A stretch of DNA of 64,000 nt, taken from the NCBI GenBank assembly GCA_965261005.1, contig OZ253375.1, positions 1,984,001 to 2,048,000 of the forward strand, in the 5' to 3' direction. The notes below the pieces were generated by a model. That model made no database searches, was not told the DNA's origin, and worked only from the letters and a program-made list of their open reading frames with translations. The DNA is from Deinococcus sp. (GTDB taxonomy: Bacteria; Deinococcota; Deinococci; Deinococcales; Deinococcaceae). A program made the translations under genes and the position numbers. Position 1 is the stretch's first letter, and the number at the start of each line of letters is the position of its first letter. Below, piece after piece: positions 56,755-64,000 of the stretch.

Positions 56755-57722
56755 CACGCGTAAGCCTCGGGCGCCTGCCCGCCGGGGCCGGGCCAGATCT
56801 CGTCGAGCTTCTTAAGGGTGTCCTCCGAGAGCTTCACATCGAGCGCCTTCAGCGAGCCGTCCAGCTGCTCCATGGTGCGCGGCCCGACGATGGGGGCGGT
56901 CACGGCCGGATTGTGCAGCAGCCAGGCCAGCGCCACGTCGGCCGGCGACTCGCCCAGGTCCCTGCACAGCGCCTCGTACCGCTCCAACTGCGGGCGGTGC
57001 TGGTCAATCTCCTTTTGCATGTTCTCGCTGGCCCGCCGCCCGTCCTGCGCCTTTTGCAGGGCGCCGCCCAGCAGGCCGCCGCCCAGGGGACTCCAGGGAA
57101 TCAGGCCCAGGCCGAACGCCTGACAAGCCGGAATCACCTCCAGCTCGATCATGCGGGCGCTCAGGTTATATAAGCTCTGCTCCGAGACCAGGCCCAAAAA
57201 GTGCCGCTGCGCCGCCAGGCTGTTGGCCTGCGCGATGTTCCAGCCCGCGAAGTTGCTGCTTCCCACGTACAGCACCTTACCCTCGCGCACCAGCTGCTCC
57301 ATGGCGCCCCAGACTTCCTCCCAAGGGGTGTCGCGGTCGATGTGGTGCATCTGGTACAGGTCAATGTGGTCGGTCTTGAGCCGCCTGAGGCTGTCCTCGC
57401 AAGCCTTGCGAATGTGGTAGGCCGAGAGCTTCTGGTCGTTGGGGCCGTCCCCCATCTTGCCGTAGACCTTGGTCGCCAGCACGATCCTCTCGCGCTTGCC
57501 GGGGTTTTTCTCCAGCCAGCGGCCCACGATCTGCTCGGTGACGCCCTCGCCCATTTTCCAGCCGTACACGTCGGCGGTATCGAAGAAGTTGATCCCGCGC
57601 TCCAGCGCCGCGTCCATGATGGCGTAGCTGTCCTCTTCGCTCGTTTCCGGCCCAAAGTTCATGGTGCCCAGACACAGCGGGCTGACCTTCAGGCCGGTTC
57701 GTCCCAGATGGCGGTATTCCAT
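56751..57722 (-). CDS. Aldo/keto reductase
   Basis: LGTMNFG, DTADVY, LATK, DLYQMH, WSPLGGG. Confidence 0.94.
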   Translation of the reverse strand: MEYRHLGRTGLKVSPLCLGTMNFGPETSEEDSYAIMDAALERGINFFDTADVYGWKMGEGVTEQIVGRWLEKNPGKRERIVLATKVYGKMGDGPNDQKLSAYHIRKACEDSLRRLKTDHIDLYQMHHIDRDTPWEEVWGAMEQLVREGKVLYVGSSNFAGWNIAQANSLAAQRHFLGLVSEQSLYNLSARMIELEVIPACQAFGLGLIPWSPLGGGLLGGALQKAQDGRRASENMQKEIDQHRPQLERYEALCRDLGESPADVALAWLLHNPAVTAPIVGPRTMEQLDGSLKALDVKLSEDTLKKLDEIWPGPGGQAPEAYAW

Positions 57723-57798
57723 ATTGATTTCCCCCGTTTCCTCGCCAACCCTACGCCCGCTTGGCAAAGGTCAGGGCAGGTTGTGTTGAAGCGTTTCT

Positions 57799-59016
57799 TT
57801 AGGTTCGGTTGCCAGGCTGGGTCAGCAGACCGCGCCGGGTCGCCAGCAAGAGGGCCCAGGCGAGCGCGGCCAGAACGGCGGCCAGCGCGAACACCGCCGT
57901 GTACCCAAAGGCCTGCGCGCACAGCCCCACCCCCAGGCCCCCCAGCAGCGCGCCCGCGTTCATGGTGTTGGCGTACAGCGTGGTGGCGACGCCGACGCGG
58001 TTTGGCATCAGTTCCTGCACGTAGGCCATGCCCAGGGTCGCCAAAATGGCGATGACGTAAGCGCGGATCAGCTGGGCCGCGCCCACCCACCACACGTTCG
58101 GTGCGGCCCACACGCACACGAAGTACAGCGCCGCTGCCGCGAGGCCCCACAGAATCAGCTTCTCGTTGCCGGCGCGGCGTGGCCGCAGCGCGAAGCCCAG
58201 CATCATGGGAATTTCCAGCAGGGCGCACAGGCCCAGCAAAACGCCCACGTTGCCCTCGCTGCCGTGCAGCGCGCGGGTCACGTGCAGCGGCAAGGCCACC
58301 CCGCCCATCTGCATGGCCGCGCCGTACAGCACGAAGCTGAGCGCTATAAGACGTACCGGCCGCGCGGGCGTGACGGGGGCGGCCAGGGCGCCGAAGCCCT
58401 CGGCCGGCGGGGCGCTCGCCCCCTTTGCCGTCTTCCCGAGCCGCAGCAGCGGCAGCGTCGCGAGGGCGAAGCAGGTGGCCGTGACCAAAAAGAGGCCGCG
58501 AAAACTGGCCCACGCCAGCACGGCCGCGCCGATGCCCGGCCCCAGCACCCACGCCAGCGAAAACACCGAGCGCAAGGTCGCCACGCCCTGCTCGCCCGCC
58601 GCGCCCGCCCGCGCCTTGGTCAGCGCGAACAGCTGCGGAAAGGCCGACGCGCCGCCGCCGAGAAACACCACGCCGATCAGCAGCAGCAGCCAATAGTTGC
58701 GGGTAAAGGCGAGCAGGGTGTAGCCGATGGCGGCGGCGCCAAAGGCCGCCAGCACGATGGGCCTGCGGCTTGGCAGGCGGTCCGACCAGCGCGCCACGAG
58801 GGTGCTGATCACAATGCTGCTCAGCGAGGTCAGCGTCAGAAAAACGCCCAGCGCCAGGGGCGACATGCCCACCTTGTTTGCGCCGAACAGCGACATGTAC
58901 GGCGCCGCGAAGGACGTGGCCGACCCCAGCAAGAGCGCCGCGAGCGACAGGCCGCCGAAGCCGGGAATTTGAATCAGGGTGGCGAGGGTATGTCTTGAGT
59001 GAGAAGTTGTGTGCAT
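57799..59016 (-). CDS. MFS sugar efflux transporter (SetA-like)
   Basis: Multi-TM; RWSDRL, FPQLFA, SLAWVLGP, LEIP.M. Confidence 0.88.
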   Translation of the reverse strand: MHTTSHSRHTLATLIQIPGFGGLSLAALLLGSATSFAAPYMSLFGANKVGMSPLALGVFLTLTSLSSIVISTLVARWSDRLPSRRPIVLAAFGAAAIGYTLLAFTRNYWLLLLIGVVFLGGGASAFPQLFALTKARAGAAGEQGVATLRSVFSLAWVLGPGIGAAVLAWASFRGLFLVTATCFALATLPLLRLGKTAKGASAPPAEGFGALAAPVTPARPVRLIALSFVLYGAAMQMGGVALPLHVTRALHGSEGNVGVLLGLCALLEIPMMLGFALRPRRAGNEKLILWGLAAAALYFVCVWAAPNVWWVGAAQLIRAYVIAILATLGMAYVQELMPNRVGVATTLYANTMNAGALLGGLGVGLCAQAFGYTAVFALAAVLAALAWALLLATRRGLLTQPGNRT

Positions 59017-59126
59017 GTGGTTCCAAGAAATTCAGGAGAGCGGCGGAGCGGTGGACGGCCAGGTCCCGGCGGGGCGTTCAGCTGCTCAGTCTAGACCCAG
59101 GGGGCGGGGGGCTAGCCCGGCTGCCT

Positions 59127-59363
59127 TCAGGTGAGGCTGTCCAAGTTGCGCGCGAAGACGCGCGGGTTGGTGTGGTCGGCTGGCCGGGCCGGGTCGCGCG
59201 GCCGAACGCTCAGCACGCCGCGCGCCGCCAGGTCGCCCAGCAACTTGGACACGTCGTGCCCGCGCAGCCCCAGCCGCTCGGCGACCTCGCGGGCGCTGCT
59301 CGGCCCCGCCGCCGTTAACGCTTGCAAAACGCGCTCCTCCAAGTCGCCTGTCATGCCTGCCAT
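59127..59363 (-). CDS. Small winged-helix protein
   Basis: VLQAL..AGPSSAREVAERLGL...DVSKLL. Confidence 0.6.
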   Translation of the reverse strand: MAGMTGDLEERVLQALTAAGPSSAREVAERLGLRGHDVSKLLGDLAARGVLSVRPRDPARPADHTNPRVFARNLDSLT

Positions 59364-59384
59364 TGTGCTTGCTAAGGTGGGGCC

Positions 59385-59840
59385 ATGTCACTGCTCGGCC
59401 ACAGCGCCCCCGACTTCAGCTTGCCCGCCAGCGTGGGCGGCGAGGTGAGGCTCTCCGATTACCGGGGCCACCAAAACGTCGCGCTGGTGTTTTATCCGCT
59501 CGACTTCTCGCCGGTCTGCTCGATGCAGTTGCCCGAGTACAGCGGGCGAAGCGACGACTTCGCCGAACTGAGTACGGTGGTGCTGGGCGTCAACCGTGAT
59601 TCTCTGTACACCCACAAGGCTTGGGCCGCCGAGTACGGCATCGAGGTGCCGCTGCTCTCGGACATGAACCTCGCGGTGGCGCGCGCCTACGGCGTGGCCC
59701 TCGAAGAGCGGGGCGTCAGCAAACGGGCGGTCTTCTTGATTGACCAGGCGGGCGTGGTCCGCTTCGAGAACGTGGAGGAAAAGGGTGGCGACTACACCCT
59801 GCGCCCGGAGCAGTTGCTGGAAAAAATTCGCGGGTTGTAG
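59385..59840 (+). CDS. One-Cys peroxiredoxin (AhpE-like)
   Basis: APDFSL, FYPLDFSPVC, RAVFLID. Confidence 0.9.
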   Translation: MSLLGHSAPDFSLPASVGGEVRLSDYRGHQNVALVFYPLDFSPVCSMQLPEYSGRSDDFAELSTVVLGVNRDSLYTHKAWAAEYGIEVPLLSDMNLAVARAYGVALEERGVSKRAVFLIDQAGVVRFENVEEKGGDYTLRPEQLLEKIRGL

Positions 59841-59983
59841 TCGGGTGAACCCCTTGTCGCGGTGAACGTCTCCCTTCAAGGCTTCACCACGGGCAGGAGC
59901 TGGGAAAGTCCTCGGCATGGCCTCACCTTAGCGGTGGCCCTCTTGCAAATTTCTCACGGGTGGCGCGGTCCTCGTCCGACCGG

Positions 59984-60457
59984 TCAGTACGGAACCTTGT
60001 CCAAGCTGGCCGTCCAGGCTGCAAAGGCCTTCAGCGCTTCGGCGCGCCCGAGTTCCAGCATGCCCAGCGTGCGCGCCGCCTGGGGCCTCGCCAACTCCTG
60101 GTAAATGAAGCTGTCCGAAAAGCCGATGGCGTCCGCGTCTTCCTTGGTGCAGCCGTAAAAGACCCGCGACAGGCGCGCCCAATAGATGGCGCCCAGGCAC
60201 ATCGGGCACGGCTCGCAGCTGGTGTAGATCGCGCAGTCCGACAGATCGAAGCGCCCCAGCTTGGCGCTGGCCGCGCGAATGGCGACCACCTCGGCGTGGG
60301 CGGTCGGGTCGTGGGTGGCCGTCACGCGGTTGACGCCGCTTGCCACGACCTCGCCCCCCCGCGCGATCACGGCGCCGAAGGGACCGCCCGCGCCCGACAG
60401 GACGTTCTCCAGCGCGAGCCGGGCGGCCTCGCGCATCAGGTCTTCGGGCGTGTGCAT
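59984..60457 (-). CDS. Guanine/nucleoside deaminase (GuaD-like)
   Basis: GGPFGA, HAEV, CEPCPMC; TACACT 6 nt before ATG. Confidence 0.9.
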   Translation of the reverse strand: MHTPEDLMREAARLALENVLSGAGGPFGAVIARGGEVVASGVNRVTATHDPTAHAEVVAIRAASAKLGRFDLSDCAIYTSCEPCPMCLGAIYWARLSRVFYGCTKEDADAIGFSDSFIYQELARPQAARTLGMLELGRAEALKAFAAWTASLDKVPY

Positions 60458-60543
60458 GGCGCGAGTGTAGCGCGGCGAAAGGTCGCGGGGTTTTCCCGCC
60501 ACGACTTGGCCCCCGCCCTGTAAAATCTCCCAAAGGAGCGCGC

Positions 60544-62940
60544 ATGTCTGAGTACGATTTCGAGGGTCCCCAGTCCAGTTTCGGCCAGACCAGCGGCGCC
60601 TTTCCCAGCCTTCGCCCTCCCGAGGACCCGCTGCTGACGCGCCTGCGCCAAGAAGCTGTTCAGGACCCGGCCGCGCACGCCGAGCAGGTGCGGCGCTTCG
60701 AGCAGGACCCCGAGGCCGCGCTGTCCGCCCACGCCGCCCAACACGCCAAGCTCCAGGCGGAGCGCCTTGAGGCCGACCGGCAGCGCCGCCAAGCCTTAAA
60801 AGGCGAGCAGCACAGCCAGGCCGAGGCGCAGCGGCAAGCAGCAGAAGCGCGCGAGCGGCGCCAGCACGCCCAGAACCTGCGCGCCGCCAGCAGGCTGCCC
60901 AAGGCCGCGCCTTCCCCCGAGGTGACCGAGCGGGCGGCCGTGGAACGCTTGGGCGCGGACGGGGTGCAGCAGGGCAGCCGGCTGTCGCACGAGGCCGACA
61001 AGCTGCACGAACTCCTGCTGCAAGACGCGCGCTACCTGCCGGAGGCCGTCCGCGCCGAAATGGTCTCCGAAACGCTGGAGGGGTACGGGCGCCAAGGTCT
61101 GCCCGCCGAGACCATCGCGCAGCTGCTGATGGACCGCCTGCCCGAGCCGCAACGCGCGACCTTGCAGTTCGCGGTGCTGAAGACCAAGGGAGTGCAACAG
61201 CGGCGCCAAGTGGCGGCGCAGACGCGGGCGACCCAGCAAGCGCGCGGGAACGCGGCCCACGACGTGCAGACCATCTACGCCGCCGTGATCGTCTCCGACG
61301 TGAACAGGGGAACGATCATTGGCAGTGGATTCCACGACGGGCCGCTGGACCTGCGCGTCGTTGCCTTGATCGGCCAGTACGCGGGCCGTGGACAGCTCGA
61401 CACCCTGAAGCAGACCTACCACGACAAGTACGGACGCGATTTGCGCAACGACGCTTTGGCGCTGTTGCGCGACCCGATCGCCAAGCGCAACGTCGCCGAC
61501 ATGTTCGGCCTGCCCTTCGGGCATGACCTCGGTTTTCACGCCTTTGTCGAGGCGCTGACCCGCATGAGCTACGCCAATGCGGACGACCTCTCCGACAGCA
61601 AGCTGACAGGCAATACAGGCGACGCCGCCAAGCTGCTGCACGCCTTCGGGTACACAAGCAGCCACACCGTCTTCGGGCGCTGGGGCTTCCAGATGCGCGT
61701 CTTCACCCCTGATCCCAAGGCCAAACTCGCAGAAGGTGTTCACCGGCATACCCAGCCGGTCGTCGCCTTTCGCGGCACCGAGGGTGTGCAGCCTTGGCCC
61801 TTCGGGGAGGCCATCAACCCCAGAGACCCCAGCGTGCAGGAAAGCAACCTCGACACCCAGATCGGCGACTTCGGCAAGGCGCCCGCCGGCTACGCCCAGT
61901 ACCAACCGAACAAGGAGCGCATTGACGCCAACCTGGAGGGGCTGGGCAGCAACCTGATCTTCGCCGGCCACTCGCTCGGCGGCGCCCTCGCGCAGATCGC
62001 GGCGGTGCATCATCCCGCGCTGGTCGGGCAGATCATCACCTTTCAGTCGCCGTCCATCGAAAAGAGTGACGCCGAGAAGATCGAACAGTACAACAAGAAG
62101 CACCAAGGGCACGAGATCGAGAGCGCCCACTACCGGGCGCTGAACGACGTGGTGCCGACGGCGGGCGAGGAGCTGACCCCTGGGACGGTGTACAGCTTCG
62201 AGCGCTCGAAGTACATCGCCGGCAAGGGCGAGCAGCCCGGCCACGCCCCGAAGAACGACGGGCACGACACCGGGGAGTGGGTGCAGAACGTGCTGGCAAG
62301 CCGGGACCTGCTCAGCATGGGCGGCCCCAACCACAACGCCTGTTTGCTGCGGGAACTGCTGGTGAACCGGAACGCGGGGAAGCTGACGCCCGAACAGCGC
62401 TTGGTGGCGCAGCTTGGGGCGCTCGATCAGGACCAGATGGGCAAGGACGGCAAACCGCTGCCGGAAGACGTGCGGCCCATGGTGGTGAGCGCCTTGCACA
62501 GCGTCTACACGGCCAAGACGGACCCGATTCTGCATGGGGAGGCGGGACGGGCGGCGGTGCTGGCGGGGGTGTACAAGACGTTCGGCTTCACCTTCCGGGT
62601 CTTCGCCGCCAACCTGCCCTACAACCTCGCGCTCGAACAGCTGGACAAGAAGCTGAAAGAAGCCACGCCCGAAAAGCTGCACGACCGTGAAGGGCTACAA
62701 AAGGCTTTGGAGAAGTGGACCGCCTTGCTTGACGGCATGCACGAACTCCGGATCGGCGACAGCGCCGACGAGATGGCCCGCATGCTTCAGCTCGACGACA
62801 CCAAGACCTATAGGGCGCTGAAAGCAGTGGGAGAAGTCAAGCTGGGCGGAGAGGATAAGCGCATTCTCAAAGACACTCTGCTTGATCTGTGGCTCTCTTG
62901 GCATCCCGACGGAGAACATCTCTCGCAGGCAATGCGATGA
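60544..62940 (+). CDS. Large protein with class-3-lipase-like domain (putative effector/toxin)
   Basis: AAGGAG RBS; VAFRGTE, FAGHSLGGALA, TFQSP, D.VP. Confidence 0.8.
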   Translation: MSEYDFEGPQSSFGQTSGAFPSLRPPEDPLLTRLRQEAVQDPAAHAEQVRRFEQDPEAALSAHAAQHAKLQAERLEADRQRRQALKGEQHSQAEAQRQAAEARERRQHAQNLRAASRLPKAAPSPEVTERAAVERLGADGVQQGSRLSHEADKLHELLLQDARYLPEAVRAEMVSETLEGYGRQGLPAETIAQLLMDRLPEPQRATLQFAVLKTKGVQQRRQVAAQTRATQQARGNAAHDVQTIYAAVIVSDVNRGTIIGSGFHDGPLDLRVVALIGQYAGRGQLDTLKQTYHDKYGRDLRNDALALLRDPIAKRNVADMFGLPFGHDLGFHAFVEALTRMSYANADDLSDSKLTGNTGDAAKLLHAFGYTSSHTVFGRWGFQMRVFTPDPKAKLAEGVHRHTQPVVAFRGTEGVQPWPFGEAINPRDPSVQESNLDTQIGDFGKAPAGYAQYQPNKERIDANLEGLGSNLIFAGHSLGGALAQIAAVHHPALVGQIITFQSPSIEKSDAEKIEQYNKKHQGHEIESAHYRALNDVVPTAGEELTPGTVYSFERSKYIAGKGEQPGHAPKNDGHDTGEWVQNVLASRDLLSMGGPNHNACLLRELLVNRNAGKLTPEQRLVAQLGALDQDQMGKDGKPLPEDVRPMVVSALHSVYTAKTDPILHGEAGRAAVLAGVYKTFGFTFRVFAANLPYNLALEQLDKKLKEATPEKLHDREGLQKALEKWTALLDGMHELRIGDSADEMARMLQLDDTKTYRALKAVGEVKLGGEDKRILKDTLLDLWLSWHPDGEHLSQAMR

Positions 62941-63404
62941 CACGGGCGTTGAGTTGGCTCTTTTTAGGCGCGGCAGTCCTCATAACTGTAGTGGCCTTTG
63001 CACGAACAACTCAAGGAGGCAACGTGCAGACCAAGGATGAAGTGCTGCAAGCAGCTGTCAAGCTGGCGCAGAAAGAACTGGATTTGACACCAGTCAAGTG
63101 TCCACCGCCAGGCGAGGAAGATTCTAGCGAAGTGTGCTTTGGGACCGTTATGTCCGCAGAGAAATTCCGAAGTACATTAGATGCCGTTTCGGAACAACAA
63201 CTCAAGTCTATAACCGGCTGGCGAGACGACTTTGGGGTTCTTAGCGCGATATTTGAGTTGAGCGGTCAGCGTAGCTACGAGATAGGGTTCATTTATAAGC
63301 GTCCGGGCTTTGCTTGGAAAGTATATAAGGAAGCCTATAAACCGCTGCAGGGTAAAGCTCTTGTACGTGTTGGAGTCAGCGAACGCTCAGTACCCGACAG
63401 GTAG
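62937..63404 (+). CDS. Exported/membrane-anchored protein, putative immunity protein
   Basis: ATGA-coupled to lipase gene; N-terminal hydrophobic segment; visibly more AT-rich. Confidence 0.6.
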   Translation: MTRALSWLFLGAAVLITVVAFARTTQGGNVQTKDEVLQAAVKLAQKELDLTPVKCPPPGEEDSSEVCFGTVMSAEKFRSTLDAVSEQQLKSITGWRDDFGVLSAIFELSGQRSYEIGFIYKRPGFAWKVYKEAYKPLQGKALVRVGVSERSVPDR

Positions 63405-64000
63405 GGTCGGTGGCATCTGAAGGGCCGGGAAGAGGAGGGCCAGACAAGACCTGGCGCGCTCAAGATTCCACTTGAGGGCGTCCACAAGCAGATCGAGGCC
63501 GGTCAGGAAGGTGCTCTTGGCTTTGCGCCCGTGCGTTTTGAGCCGTACGGGCGCCTCCTGTTCCCGCACCAGACCGACCAGCAGCGCCCAGACGAAGGCG
63601 ACCGTGAGCAAGCTGACCAGCGTTTCGATGCGGGCAGGGTCGGTCATGTGGGTCGCCTCCAGATTGAGGCCGCGCAGTTTGTAAGCGCCGAAGGTGCATT
63701 CGATGGACCAGCGCGACCGGTAGCGCTCACAGGTGTCGAACAGCGAGAGGTCCGAGGCGATCACCACCCGCTCGCCCTCGCTAGACAGCGTGGCAACCAC
63801 CTGCATCTCAGCGCCGTAGACCACCTCTTTGTCGAGCAGGCCGCGCACCTCGCCGGGCGTCAGGTGTGCAAAGGCGTCTCGAACCGCGATGTCATCGAGC
63901 AGGGTGTCCTCACGAATGCGGATGCAGCGCTTGAGCCGTCGTTGTTCCAGGGCCGCGAACCAGTCTTTGCCCACGAACTCACGGTCGGCCAGCAGCACCG
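63386..64000 (-). mobile_element. IS4-family insertion sequence, transposase C-terminus (63387 to beyond window end)
   Basis: LLADREFVG, YRSRWSIECTFGAYK (Y-2-R-3-E-6-K motif), GLNLEATH; end CTCAGTACCCGACA. Confidence 0.9.

Overview
GC-rich chromosomal window from a Deinococcaceae bacterium (inferred from Deinococcus-type DnaA, leaderless -10/ATG promoters and repeat families) spanning the replication origin: tyrS(3' part), pyk-eno-dnaN-oriC-dnaA, then mnmG-rsmG-parA-parB with two parS sites. Further on lie rnj, sufE/sulfurtransferase, recQ, pilB-pilT, fabI, a 2-oxoacid dehydrogenase complex, a PaoABC-type oxidoreductase, vapBC, modAB, a P450, a DEAD-box helicase and other housekeeping or accessory genes. 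Three items stand out. (1) An IS110 element (18123-19500) inserted into a 107-bp inverted-repeat element; its core, target, donor, circle-junction promoter and all four bridge-RNA guides can be read from the sequence, and it has an extra structured right end and a Glu in place of the first catalytic Asp. (2) A recombinase-less tandem array of two cassette-like units (54310-55890) delimited by ATGCA cores and ACGAAA/TTTCGT arms, one carrying a GNAT gene. (3) A lipase-domain protein with an annexin-like motif plus a probable immunity gene clipped by an IS4-family element. No rRNA, tRNA or CRISPR array was recognised. All calls are by eye; no searches were run.
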